From Phoronis australis (Eukaryota > Animalia > Phoronida), in NCBI GenBank assembly GCA_002633005.1, contig NMRA01000010.1, positions 147,846-211,845 of the forward strand: a DNA stretch of 64,000 nucleotides. Reading direction: 5' to 3'. A model generated the notes under the pieces. The model was not told where the DNA came from, made no database searches, and saw nothing but the letters and a program-made list of their open reading frames with translations. The position numbers and the translations under genes are program-made. Below are positions 36,213 to 51,200 of this stretch, in pieces. The first letter of the stretch is position 1; every line of letters begins with the position of its first letter.

Positions 36213-39200
36213 ATGAAGGACAAAACTACGGACGACGAATCTAATGTCAGTGAAAATGAAAAAAGTAAAGATGAGAAAAATGGAGAAACCAAAAGTAAGT
36301 ATTTGAATTGACTAGTCTTGCTAACGAGACCTTCTAGTTTTCTTTACCTTAAGTGTGCTCCCAATCTCTGGGAATTATCTCTTTAGAACTTGAAACTATT
36401 AAATTGTCAAATTTCCTCCTTAAAACCTGTGTTGGACACATCTCGAATTCATGCTGTTAGGACATCTAACTCCTTGAAGGTGGATATTTTAGTGAATTCC
36501 TTGAAGGTGGATATTTTAGTGAATCCCTTGAAGGTGGATATTTTAGTGAATTCCTTGAAAGTGGATATTTTAGTGAATTCCTTGAAGGTGGATATTTTAG
36601 TAAATTCCTGAAACCCATGCTCTGTTGTGGCAAATTCTCTTTATTTTCTTTTTTGTGCATTATTCGTCTCTGACATGTTGAAGTGGGTGATTTGAATCTG
36701 CAGTTAAGGTAAATACCAATCCTTGAACTTTCAAGTATTTTGTGTGTAAATCCACCTCCTAAAGGCCCTTTCATACTAACGTGACCTGTTTTGGGGCGTT
36801 GCGGTCAGTATAAACAGTTAACTTTGGTGCTGGATCGAGGTTTACAGCGCCAGACAACTTCGCAGTAAACAGCTGGATTTAACAATGGAGCGTTAACGCT
36901 ACGGTGTGGTGTGAACAGTCAACTTCGGTCTCATCGAAGCTATCGCCAGGGGCCACTGACATCGTCAACAACTGAAGGGCAGCGTTGTAGCTATTAATGC
37001 TTAAATTTTGCTCGAATAGTCACCAATCAAATTAGAAATATGTTTTATGTCAATTAGCTGTATATAAATGCTCTGAAGATGTCACATTAAAAAATCTTAG
37101 CATGCACGCGATGCATCAACGCCAGCTTGCAATTACTTTGGTGATGAAAGTGTCACCTACCATTTACTTCGATGTCCGTTAACTACTGAAGCCGGTATGA
37201 ATGATTCAGTTAACTTCGCAGTTTATGTCAGACCGGAGTTAAGTCATTATGAAAGAGCCTCAAGTGTTCTGAATGGCTTGTGTGTTTATCTAGACAAACA
37301 GTGTAATTTGTAATGTTTGAACAGTTCGACAACTTGTCGCTGACATTTGCTCTTCAAGAAGACATTGAATCAAATCGATTCCAAGACAGTGAAATCAATT
37401 CTGTGAAGTCTCTTCTGCTGGGTACAAATGTCTGTCTGTTATTGCTATAACACAGCAGGCTGAGGTCACCTTGCTGCATGCAAATCTCCGTCTGGTTGCT
37501 CATGGTAATGTCACATGTTGTTTAGTTGGGAAACAACATCCGTATTTTTATCCAGCATCATTCATTGTCTATCATAGCGAGCAGAATCGCCACTACTTAG
37601 TGACAATGTCCCGAAAAAATGATTAAGAGTCGAGCTTCGAATTGGAAAGGTTTCTGAGTAATCGTTGCTGAAACTTAATACGATTCCTAGCACTATTTAT
37701 TAAGGCTACTTTTTCAAAAATGAGTCTTCGGTATTGCTCTTTCAGAGAAATCTGGTAACAAGACGCAACAAAAATGTCGTAGAGGGTGGGTAGAACTTGA
37801 CAGTGATGAGGAGTCAGTGGCGGAGAAGAACATATTTGCCGTTACCATGGTGACAGAAGCAAAGAGGAAACGCTCAGTGTCTAATGTCAATGAATTGGCT
37901 GAACAATGGTGCGTAAACAGCAGTCTGAACACAGATGTTAAATTGAGAAAATTACTTCTGAAATAAGTGCTGCTGGATCATCTTTTAAAAATAGAGTTGA
38001 AGAAAATGAAATATCCGGCGAATATTGAAAGAGATCACAGTACTTGAAAGTATTGTAAGAGTTCACAGTGCTGTAAACTGATGTCAAGGTTCACCGCGAT
38101 CTGTTACTAGAGGGCACTGCAGCCCCTTGAATTTCAGCTGTTGACTACGCGGCAATGTTAAACTAAAAAGCAGAAGATCCAGCTTATTTTTGGTATAGCC
38201 AATTACTGCTTGATGTGAAAAAATAAATATCTAGTCTTCTGGAAACTTACTAGAATATTTCTAGACATTGCATATCAACATAAAGAAAATGTTAAGGTTC
38301 GTTTCCAGAAAACTAGATTTACATTTTTTTGTACAAATTATGGTCTGCAACTACACGAATAAGTGAATGTGGTGCCCATCTTTTAGGTGAATTTTATTGT
38401 TGTTTGTAAGCTTCAAATCTAGAAAATGTGCAGCTTTCTTAGAAAAGTGCATGCTCCGGTATTGGTGAATTTAGTATCCCTAAGAGTGGTCTTGCCCTTT
38501 CAGGATTGTTGAGCATCTGCAAGCTAAACCCATGGTGCGTCTACTTTTCACCAACCTTTATGAATATTACGTTGGGGACTCTCTGGCACAAGGTCAGGTC
38601 ATGGAAGAAAAAGACTTCAGACAGGTACAGTGTACTGGGTGAAAGTACTGTCACTGATATGACTTTTTTGAATTTGAATTTATTAAAAGCAGTATTGGTC
38701 TGCTTTTTTGCCTGTTTACCTTGTGTATCTTTTGTTCTGGGGTGACAAACTAGTATTTGCCATTTAAGGGCATTTTTAAAATACATTTTGTGCATTATCT
38801 CGGGGCATCCAGCATTCTTCTCCTATCTACAAAATTGCTTCAAGGGTTTTCATGAAAATTTTCAAATTTAAATGTAAATATGAGGTCACGAGATGTGGCC
38901 AACAGGTAGCATGTAGATCAGACTTCAAAATGGTGGCAAAATCTTCCATGTTTATATCAAAGATAGGATGTCCACCTAGTTTTATTGGGATCTCAACTAC
39001 TGCTATGCCACCATGTGGCAGTTTTATATTATTTGATCTGCAAGTCTGCCAAGTCTCCAGATGGATATATCTGAAATTCATCATTGCTTGTACTTTTATA
39101 AAGAGGGTGTTATGAGTAATTCCTTCTGCAAAGGAGTGCCAGCTGTGAGCTTCAGTCTAACTTCTGCTGCGATAAATAGTGCGAATTAAATTTAGACTGT

Positions 39201-42200
39201 TGAAAGTAACAGCTGCATTCAGGGAAGTCTTTTAAAACAACTTGAATCACATTTGCGTATTTAACAACAGTATTTACCCATCCTCTCAAAACTGTGTAGT
39301 CACCCTCGTGCATCCCTCACTCCTTTCTACAGCTCATCAAGAAGACATATCCAGATGGCTTTGCCTTCAGAGACGACTCACCGCTCAAGTACGAGTTGAA
39401 GGAGATGAAAATGGCCGACAAGACCAAAAAGAAGGCACGGGGTGAGAGCAAGAAGTTGATGATGCACGATGTACTAGATGTTGTACTGCGTGAGTTGGGC
39501 AACCCTGTATCCTTGTATGGTGCGTGGGTGAGACTCCCGTTGGTGGAGGGCAGTTAAAAAGTCAGTGTCTGGTTGGAAAAATAATCGAGGTTGCTGGTTG
39601 CATACAGGTCATCTGCAAACATTAAATAGAGCAAGTTCTCTTGCTTGAATTCTTTCCATAGGGAACGTCACATGCTATCTTTTGGAAGGTTAATTTCTGG
39701 TGTTTTATTTGTTTACTTTTAAAGTTTCTGTAGTATCTGTGTTGTGCATAGACTAATTTTTTTCTAAGAACATACAACAAAATGTCGGAGGTACAGTTGT
39801 TATTTTGGTTATTTCGCACATAAAATGAGCCAAGACTTAACAGTTTGGAATTGCTCACTATATTGCAAAATATACAGATATACAGTTGACTACAGCTGCA
39901 ATGTAACTGCCCAATCCATCTTATAATTGAGTAGAGTTCTTTTGATTTCAATAAGAAATGTCACAAAATGAGATCCTCTAATCTGCTCAGGTGTGTTTCC
40001 AGAAGGGCATCGAGTGGGGTCCGGAACTTTTTCATCCCGTACTAAATCTTGGGCCCACGACTGCTGTTATCTTGTGTGCTGAAAACGAGTAGAATTGCTG
40101 TAGGTGATGATTTCACTTGTCTGTCGGTGATGTTTATAAATGACACGCAACCTTAACCAGTACACAGAAGGCTGGCGTGCGCTTCCACAAGATCAATTTG
40201 ACGGCTGCCAGCAAGTATCCAGCATTGCATCTGCACCTCAGGCCAGGCATGATGCTGGGAGCCATCCTCAAGGGGCTTCAAAAGCAGCAGATAATCTGTG
40301 TGAGTTTACGTTACGTAGGCCAGTCATCAGGGCCTAGTCGCACATAACTTTTACACTGTCTTGTGCCCTGTTGCCAGTTGATAAGGTGCTCCGAGAGTCG
40401 TCATGAAAAGTCATTTAAGACTTAATTCAGAAAGTTGGTGTTACGCTCACACACCGCAATTACCAAATAAAGGTTCAGTTGTGAAATTTTTTAGTACACC
40501 ACAACCTTGAAAAATTTTGTTCTTTTTCTCAAGGAAATGCAAAAATTCCCAAGTTGGGACTGTCTCTAGAATTTGGGACTCAAAAACTGCCGGCAAAATT
40601 ATTTTTTCTTGATTCTGGAGTTTGGGACAGGTAATGTTGGCATTACTTATGTTTCTTAAATTTCGTGCAATATGTTTTCAATCTACACAGCGGGAACTTT
40701 TGCCCTCTTTCCCATGATTTTTGAATTTGGGACGGGTTCTAAAAATTGGGACAAGCTCCGACCTTGAGCAAAACTTTTTACTCTACCAAATTGGAGAATT
40801 GTTACCATAGTTATGTGGAGCGTTAGACCAAATTTCTGTCTTTAATGGTAAGTAACTTTTACTAAACTGACCCCGGTGTGATGAGCCATTGGATCACATT
40901 TTGTGCCCCACACTCAAATTTGGCTGCTACACTTCAATTTAACGCCATGCTTAAGTTTCGATTTACTGTTGTGCCAACTTTTACTACTGCATTGCCTTTG
41001 AGTAGTCTTCAGTGACACGTAAAACGTCAAGTTGCCAAACTGACATCTTTCAATACTAAAAGTGCCTTAAGTTTGCATTCGGAATCTCGATAAATTCATC
41101 AATATTAATGATTATCTGTGTTTGCTAAGAATGCAATATGCCGAGGTCCCTGTGCCCTTCACTGTTTTCATTGATAGTGTTCCGTCGTTCCCCCAAGGAT
41201 CAGCTTTCATGCTTGTGAAAACATGAGTTTTATGCAACCCAGCCTTGTCTCCATTCCGAGTGTTGCCATTTTCAGACGAAGGGCATTGGCAAGTGTGGTT
41301 ATTACAGACTAGCTACTCCAGATGGCGCTGACGACGACCAAGCTATATCAGATAACACTACAGCTGTTGGTGAGTTGGTCTTCTCCCTTCTCTCCCACCC
41401 TCTTTGTACAGCTAGGCACCTAGCATGTTACAAGCCATTGGCAACTGTTGTGAGTGACCCCTGGTGTCGTTCGTACGGAATAATCAATTTCTTGGCCTGA
41501 ATAAGCGATGATTGTTCCAAAACGTAGTAAATAAGTTGAGTGATAAGAGGTCATGTAAACTGTGGTGCTTCATGTTAACCTTGCGCGATAGATTATATCC
41601 ACCATAGTATAAATTCTTGTCAACCATTTATTTCATATCGTACCTGTCGCGTGAACTGTTGCTGTGATTTATGGCAAATTACCAAAAATGTCTAGATGCA
41701 CTCTGTCTCTTGATACTCCTGGACACGGAAGTCAATGCGTTGTTGGTGGACAATTAATTTAGTGGACTTTAATGGCTGAATGTGTATGGTGAGAGATAAG
41801 TTGTTCTCAAAACATCACTCTGGTTTCATAATTACTAAACCGTTTTACTGATAGAATACATATCAAATAAGTCAGCTGAAACTTGCTTTCTACTTAAATC
41901 ATTTGCCTCAAACATATTGAAAAATACATCCATATATTTTGAATTTATGCAATTTACAGTACAGCATATAAATGACTGTTTAGTGATTCATTTTCTAAAG
42001 TAGGCGAAATGTTCAATTAAAAACAGCTAATTCTTCTATCAACTAATGGTCGATCTTTTGGTCAAAAATACAACATGGTCCTCATTTTGAGCCATAATTG
42101 TATTTTTCTTCACCTTGTGTTCTTCTAACCATGTGTATTGATAGTTGATGATGAGACGAGCATGCCTTTGAAAAAGCGCAAGATAGATAGTGGCTCTGGA

Positions 42201-45200
42201 GACACAGACGGTGTCGGGGAGGAAGAAAAGACGTCGCTGTCACGTAAAGCAGACGAGAAGTCAGCAAAAAGGAAAGACAATGGTTAGTGTTATTTCTGGC
42301 AAAGTGTCGTGGCCGAGTGTTTTCGCTATACTTATGAACAGAGGTTTTCGAAAGAGGACTAGTCTGATAAATTTTGTTTCTGACCCCGGGCGTAACTGTA
42401 GTCGACTTTGCTTAAAATGTGGAACATTAGAAGAAGTGTTGATTATCCTTAAAATACTTGCCTACTTGCTATAGAGTAGAGTTTACCTGTTCTAGTAAAG
42501 TGACGAACTGCAGTGTCTGACGTGGATTCATCTGGGGACTGATCTCCATCAAACTATTTTCTCGGCGGTTGCGTCACTATCTTGTTCAAGATGTCTGCTG
42601 TCAGGGCCCGGGTTCTAATCTGTGTACTTAAAGTCGTCCTGCTTGAATACAAACTCCAGATGACAGTCTGTTATTCTACGCTTCAGTGCATTATGGTTTA
42701 CACAGATGAATTTTCCAGTCCAAATTCGGGCTTTGTGACCTCTAGATTTGAGCTACAAACTCGAGTAAACACTCTACAACTCTAAACTTTAATACTGAGA
42801 TCATCAAGTGCAAACTAGGATTAGACAGTCATCCACACAAACCATAACATATTCAAGTACAGAGGTATAGACAGTCATCCACACAAACCATAACATATTC
42901 AAGTACAGAGGTATAGACAGTCATCCACACAAACCATAACATATTCAAGTACAGAGGTATAGACAGTCATCCACACAAACCATAACATATTCAAGTACAA
43001 AGGTATAGACACTTATCTTGAGTGTATTAAAGTAGTCATGACGAGTAAAAAATAAATAAAAACTGTGTGATTAGATTTATTGCTTATCTTTTATGTTATT
43101 TTATTTCATTTAAAATAAATGCAATATATGTACAACCAACCTATTGGGATGTGTCATTTCGACAAAATTCGTTCTCAACCAATGTAACTACCATATAAGA
43201 GGTTTCTGATTGTCCTCCATTTGAAAATCCGGGTCAAAAGGAAGGTCACAAGTAGTTCTGTTCAGTTGTAGGATTTTGTGATGCCTTCTTAACTGCAACA
43301 GCCCAGCCAGTTGGCTCTCTATTGTGTTGGCAGGGAATGCGGTAACTGAAACTTGCGCTTCAGTTAACAAATCTAATTGGGTTTTGGCTTGAATTTTCAG
43401 CAGGAATAGGTGCGACATGGTCAAAAATAATTTTTATTTTGATTTCGAGTGCAGATATTAGGTGCCAAGCTGAGGTGTATACAACCAGGTAGAACTGTGC
43501 AGTCTGCTCCCTCAAAGATTAGACCTCGTGCCTAGGTGTACAACCAGGTGGAACTGTGCAGTCTGCTCCCTTTACTGAGCCTCCTAGTTGTTATCCTAAT
43601 TATTAATATCTACTGTCTGCAGAGAAGAAGTCTCCTGCTCCCTATATTGGCAATATCTCGCACAGCAACCCGCGGCATATCACGCACATCTTCCCGATGG
43701 CGTTCACATTTCAGTCAGAGCCCAAGGTGGCTTCTATCAGGAAAGTGCGCGACTACATACATAGCTACTATCCTCAAACGTTCAAGGAGTCCAGGTGAGT
43801 TATTGTAATAGCACTTTGCCCAACTCAAATCTCCACTTTCACGGAGGTAGAAAAAATTATCACGGGATTCATTTTTGAAAAGACATGTCTGAACTAAGTC
43901 GGACGAACAAAAGACGATACCGTTCGCACCCACTGTACAGTTCATCCAACTTCTTGGTGTCAGCACTGCTACTCGCTATGCAACAGTAGATCTTTATAGT
44001 CTTTAGAAAGACAGTACTTTTTGATGTAAATTGTTGATTAATACTAGAGTTACGATAGAATCGTGATACAAAGCCATCTGAATTCAGTTACATTTTGAAT
44101 AGCTTTCGATGCTTGTCGTGACTGCATTGAAGATTTGGAAAAGTTCGAATAATAGCCTACCTTTTTGAATGATTTGCTCTTATTGAAATAATTTGAGCAA
44201 GGAATTTAATTTGGGTACTCAAAGGTAACACACCTACCGTATTCGCCCTAATAAGTGCTAAGGGTGCTTAGAAAAATTCGCTTCAGGAAGGGGGGCGCTT
44301 ATTATAGCCTAAAGGTGGTTGAAACCCGGTGTCTGAAACAGGTGAAATCATAAGCTATAGAATTCATCAAATTTATGCTCTGTGACGCATCTGTAACCTA
44401 CAAAATTGCACTACATTATTGAACTTAAAGTTTGTTGTTAAATTACGAGTGTTTTTAAGAAAATCCCAGCGCGAAAACTCGCTGATTGATGCGTCGCTGC
44501 CTCACGATCGTTGATAGGTCTACTTGAAGTATTGAGTAAAAATATAGTTTCGACTCAAGCAATTATATGCGTGTCATCAGAGTTCAATTGTCAAAGTAAA
44601 CTCGATGTAACAATATCGCGGTGCACTGTAACTGAGGAAATTAACACANGCGTCAACAAAAAGTCGAGATGAAATACAAATTCACACAGATGCTCAACGA
44701 AATCAATTCCCAAGCACAGCAATGGCTTCAATTCCACTAATTATGATCATTCCAAGTCACAAACTGGCTTCCAGCTCTGTGAGTGTTGGCATTCTTTTTG
44801 TCTTTTTGGACATTCTTGTCCTGTGTGAAAAAACCACGACGGAAGGTATTTATTATTTTTTTTTATAGAATGACTCCAGATAAAAAACAGACGTGATTTA
44901 GTTATTCATATGTGAGTACAAATTGGTGTGCAAAGTATCAACTTAATTGATGAAAGTGCCTCCGCCAACATTTTGCAATTTTGCAGGTTTTCTCAGATAA
45001 TGCCTCTTAAGCAGTAAAGCAGAACTTGTGTTATTTAGCACTTGTTGATCTCATCTGCTAAAAAACGTTCGAGAATTGTCTCTGTAACGCCGATGTCATT
45101 GAGTTGCCGGGTGACTGGATGCGTGACAGTCTAACAGTTATTTTTGGGGGGATTTGAGGGGTCGGTAAGGGTACGGAAGTGTTCACTATCAGTGGGTCAT

Positions 45201-48200
45201 TTTGGCTTTTAAAACACCAATTACGACTAATTTAATAACTTCCTCTTAAAAATAACGCAAATGTGTTTACAGTATTAAAAACTTTCGGAAATAAGTGCCA
45301 GTATATATTTCTTGCCGATGCTATGCTACCCGATTCATGAATAGATGGTTCCCAAAGACTAATCTTCAATCACAAGTAGTTGAATGTTGCGCGCTTCCTA
45401 GCCACGTGCTTCTAACTGAACAAAGGTCAAGTTTTTATTAGTCTTCGATTCACGGTTTTCACACGTACAAAGAGATTTGGATTCCTGTTGAGAGAGAAGA
45501 TCTGTACGTGAAAGATACAATACAATCCGTTTGACAAGTACGCTGCATCTTTTCTAAAGGCCAGACCGTAATAGGGCACTTCCCTTGCAAGATCAGCAAA
45601 ACTTCCGTTCTTTTTGATGTACGGCAGAAGTTTGAAGTGTAGCATAGTCACAGCTAAATATCGACATGGCGGTGAGGCTCGTGGTCTACAAATTTTGCGC
45701 ATAATGATTTTTTAAGGACTGTCGGATCTTATTGATAAATTGAAGAGGTTACTATAGAATTTTAGAACTGTAGGTAAGGTATTTTTTGCATGTACACGGC
45801 GTTCATGGACTGGGTGCTTATTTTAGCAAAATTTGAAAACGCATGGGGAGGCGCGTATAGGGGCATGGGCACTTATTAGGGCGAATACGGAATATTAATT
45901 TAGGAGGCCCTGCTGTTTGGCTCTTGTACCAATATAGGAGGCCCCGTCTGAAGTCCACGCAAGAGTGGGATCCACATGCTAGTATTTGTGGCCCCACCTT
46001 AAAGTGACTGAAAAGGAGGGCCGTCTATATTAATTTAGGCATAAAGGTGTAAAGGATTCTTGATAAGATACTGGCCGTGTTGATGTGTTTTTTTAGAAGT
46101 AAAACTCTAATGTAATCAGAAGTTAGATGGTCTGTTACCAAACTCGACGTTGTACAAAATCTGACATTGTGTATGTATTCGTAGTATTCAAATGATGATG
46201 AGAATAATATGTTTAAGATTTACAGGATTGATCACTTCCCAACTCATGTTCAAAAAACTTTCTCAAGCAGGACTTGTATGTTTATTTGTTACTATTCAGT
46301 TGGCTAATCTTGGTGAAAACTAATAAGTGGCAAAATGCACAAGTTTGAGACTGCAATGGTAACTGCAATACGTTATAGATTCATTCGAGTACTGGAGAAC
46401 GGGTTTGGATTCAGTGACTGGACAAGGGTCTCTGGAAAGGGGTTGAGTGGATCTGTCCAGCTGACACTGGACACTTGGAACCCTAAATATGGTGAGTCTT
46501 GTCTATTGATGGCTGCATTGGGAATGCTGTATTAAAGTCACCTTCAGCACCTTTAAAGTGCAACTTGCACGCTAATTCCTTATCTCTGTGATTGGTGGGT
46601 CAAATTAGTTAGAAGCACAACATAGCGACGATGTGAATTTGAAGTTAGTTGAAAATTGCCAAATGGTTTTAAGAACAAGTTTTGAGTCGAAAATAATCCG
46701 CTGTGAATCGCTCATAGTGCAAAGGTCTATTTGCTGAATTTTTTGTTTTCAAATTTGCAAGTTGTCAATGAATTTAAAACTGCACTTGGCTTAGCATAGA
46801 TGATGTTCAAATAGCATTGTCGTTTAGTTCCTGCTATACATTAGCATAGTTAGGAGCATGCCAATACATCTCTAAAAACCTCTGCTCAGTCAGTTTCTGT
46901 CTGGAATACACCAAATTTGCCGTGATCCTTTAATAGTTCCAGTTTTACACGATTACACTTTCTACTGACTGTTACCATGGCTACATTCCCCTCTGTGAAC
47001 TTCATTCTCATTTGAAATTAATGAAAAGCCTTGTGGTGAAATTTGATTGACCGGATTAAGATCAATGATTGCTTCAAGGGAAAGATTCCCCACCCCTAAC
47101 TTGTTTCATTTGAATTTGAAGTTTGCAACTGACAGCTTGACCTGCTGAGCTCTGTGCGGGATGTTTTGTCTGAGAACTTCAAGAAAAAGTAGGAACTTAA
47201 TATACAGTAAAAAATTTCAAATTCTAGAACGAAAAAAATATAATCTTTTGGTAGTTTCCTTGTCCCAAATTCTAGAGACTGTCCAAATTAGAAATTTTTG
47301 CCATATTACAAATTCTGACATACCGTATTCACCACAATAACCGCCCATGCGCCTATAAACGCCCCCCACGCATTTTCAGACTTTGCTGAAATAAGCGCCC
47401 AGTCCATGAACGTGTACGTGGGAAAAATGCCTTATCTACAGTCCTAAAATTCTACAGTAATGTCTTCATTTTATCAATAATATCCGACAGTCCTGAAAAA
47501 ATCATTGTGCTCAGAATTTGTAGACCACGAGCCTCGCCGCCATGTCAGTATTTAGCCGTGACAATACACTTCAAACTTCCGCCATGCCTCAAAACAAACA
47601 CAAAAGTTCTGCTGATTTTGCGAGGACCAATGGTGTGGCCTTTCAGAACAGAAGTAGTATGGGATTGCTTTGTAGAAATTTCCCGCTTTCAACATTAATC
47701 CAAACTTCTTTGTACATGTGAAAACCGCGAATCGAAGACTAATAAAAAGCTTGGCGAGTGTTAAAAGCACGTGGCCAGGAAGCGCGCGCTACATACATGA
47801 ACCTGTCATCAAAGACATTAGTCGGGAACTATCCATTCATGAAACAGGTAGCATAGCATCGGCAAGAAATGAATATTGGCACTAATTTCCGACAGTTGCT
47901 AATACTACACAAAATATTCGCATTATTTTTAAGATGAATTGTTTGATTAACCATAATTAGTATTTTTAAGCCAAATATCCGATAATATTTCCCCTGACAC
48001 CCTTACACCGAAATATAACTGTCAGATTGTCACGTACGCATCCTGCCACACGGCGACTAATATGGCCTTACCGAGACAAATGTCGAACGTTTTTAGCACA
48101 TGAGACCGGCAAGTGCTGAATGAAACACGCTCTGGTTTTGGCCTACTACTTGTGCAAATTTCTTTAGCTACAATGCACACCTAGCTCGTTAGATTGCGTG

Positions 48201-51200
48201 GCTCTGGCCAAAAGACGGTCTCTGCTTTGGCAAATGAACTCTGGTGACACGCACGCGCTCGCTTACTTACTGACGAACTTCAGAACAAACGTCATGTGAC
48301 AACAACATGTGTGTTCAGACATTTTTCTCATGTTGCCGGTCATGTAGATGGCATGATGTAGCACAGATTTGTACTTAAACCTGCCGTGATACCGACTCCA
48401 CGGGAACTTAAAAATCTTAGGGACGCTACTTGGAAAACTTAAGTAAGATTTCAGGTAATTTGCTAGAGTCGAAACTGTATTTTTATTCAAGCATTCAAGT
48501 CGCCATATCAACGATTGCGAGGCAGGCAGTTGGCGAGTTTTCGCCCTGGGATTTCAGCACAATTTTCTGTAAAATGATCGTAATTTTAGCAGCAAAGTTT
48601 GATAGCAATTCACCACGTTTTTTTAGAAAGTCTTTCATAGATTACAGATATGTCACTGAGCGTAAATATGATGAATCTTAGCTTCCGATTTCACCCGTTT
48701 CGGAGACCGCGTTTCAACGGCCTTGGGTTATAATAAGCGCCCCAGCTGAAACAAACTTTTCTAAGCGCCCTGGGCGGTTATTAGGGCAAATACGGTATAG
48801 CTTGTTTATATGATTGGGTGGAATGATGAATATCCACTGCAGTTTCAGTTCACTGAAGGCACACGCCACTTCACGGAAAATGAAACCACCCACATATTTG
48901 GACTATGTCAGCTTGCATTGGTGCTCATCAATTTTCTGTGAAGCACTACACACACATGGGACAATAAAATAATTTCATGATCACAACCCGACTAGTTCTA
49001 TGCTTTGATAGGTTGAGGATGTGGAATACATCTATAGTTTCTGTTATACACTACTATGTAAATTTGTTGAGTTTTCTGACACCCAAGGATGTTATTTATG
49101 GTGAATGGAAATGGGCAAACTCTGTACACAATTTTCAAGAGTTCTGCGATTTTCTAAATATAATGCCGCATGCCAATAAAGGATATAAATTAATTCTACA
49201 AATGTGTGAAAAACATTTATGAACAATTTCTTGATGAAAAATGCTACCAAACATAACTATCTAACATGTTGAGTGTTATTGTAGATGCCATAGAGAGATG
49301 CACTTTGGCTTTGTATACTTAACTTTAAAGCGTCTCAAAATCCAGGATATGAATTGTCAACGAGACTTTTCTTAGATTCTAGAGCATAATACAGTGACGT
49401 GGTAAACGGTGCAGGGGAATACTAGGATTTTTTTGTCTTGGGGAAACTCATCAGGCTTTTAGGTTCCCATAATCGACATCCGTTTAAACAAAAACTTTTC
49501 CATGTGATCGAGATCCCAGGGTCTACTCAAAAGTTGTGGCAACCAGGGGCAAGCTGTATCAACCAGGCATAACCAGGAAGCTAAAAGCTGCAGTGAAGGG
49601 CTTTGCTGTTGTCTCATCACATAGGACCCTCAAAAGTTGAGACAACCATGGGGTGATTGCTGGAAAATTGTGGTTACTAGTGGAAGTGAACATTTATGCC
49701 TTGTCTCATGGCCACAAAAGTCCATTGAAATTTGCGGTGTCCGGAGGGGTCAGTTAAAAAACTGTGGCAGTAGGTGGTAATTGTAATGACAGACTACGCC
49801 AGACCTTTGAAGCTTGGGAGCATGAAGAAACCTTTAAAATGTTTTGCATCTATTTGTCTTGCTGCCATGTAACTCAATCATAGTTCTGTCCTGATATTGC
49901 AGATGACAAAATGCGAGATCAGATCATCAATGCCATCATTGCCTGTAATGAGCCCAAGCAGTCTGGATCGATGATGATTCGACAGTACATTGAGGAGTTT
50001 CATCCACGCTTCAAAGTTCTAGGAGGGGCATCGAAGGGAAAATGTGACCGTTTCCGCAAAGCCTGGCAGAAGGCTATTGACTGTGGCTTGATTGTGTAGG
50101 TCAACTTTTTGATTATATTGCTGCTCCTGCATTTTTTGTGGGGTTTGTTTTATGAAAAATGACCCGGGATTGAAATCGGAAAAATACACATGCAATTAGA
50201 TCTAACTTTAGTAGGAAAAGTACAAATTCTCTGAGAAAATGCTGTAACTGCCTGTCACTGAGGTCATTTCTTTTAATTATTTCTCAGCTTTGACATGTTG
50301 ATATTTTCATGGGTAAACCTTTATTCAGAAATTGTGAAGGGGAGCTATACGGACATTTTTCCTTTGAAAATTAAGGTTGTACTCCATTATGACCTGCAAT
50401 GTCAACTAGTGGAAGGTGATAGCTTTGCACCATTTTGGCCGAAGCTTTCACTGGTAACATCGCTTGTTCACAGAATTGTATAAAATCTACAATTGGGTGA
50501 CTGCCTATTTGTATCAGAAGTTCCCTCGTCATTACAATAACTGCAATAGTCACTGAGACTCCGTTGTATTTACACGCACGTGTTATGTATGGACAGTTCA
50601 GCAGCTGACAATTTCTGGCAACTGATGCTATCTGCTCTTACAGCAGTTTAAATTTTTGACATTCTCATTCCTTCCTTTTTTCCTTTTTTTTTTGACTTGC
50701 ACCAACCATTTTTGGTGGTCGCAGTTTTTACGTTTTTTGTGAATGTTCTTTTTGCTACCAATTTGATGTTTTTTAATGCAACAGACATCAGTTGGTGAGA
50801 CGGAGGATGACAATAGCTGCATTACTTCTTCTTGTACATCATAATACTGAATCTTATTTGTGTGGTTTCACTCTCAGTTGCTTGTCCGGTGATTATAGGT
50901 AATCGTCTTTGATTTTCAACTGTTAGTGTAGTTGATTTGTTCCAAATAACAGGTTGCTTATTAATACCTTATAAGTATTTGCATGTGGGATTTATGGGTG
51001 GTTGACGTCCTTGAACTTCAGCATGAATAATACTGAATTTGTTGGTATTATTGTCAGTGGTCTTTTCGGTTTTCCAGCCAACTTTCCGGAATAGGCTTGG
51101 CTGGCACATTCCAACTTGGTAAGACATTCGAGCCTTCTCCAGCGAATCTTGCCGGCGAAAATAGCGATGGCGATGGTTATGATGGGGAGAGCTCGGAAGA

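Noticed and set aside
36467-36609. 27-bp repeats (and the 46-bp repeats at 42822 and 79-bp repeats at 58877) as a CRISPR-like array
   Set aside because: Head-to-tail units with no unique spacers, no cas genes and a eukaryotic context: ordinary minisatellites
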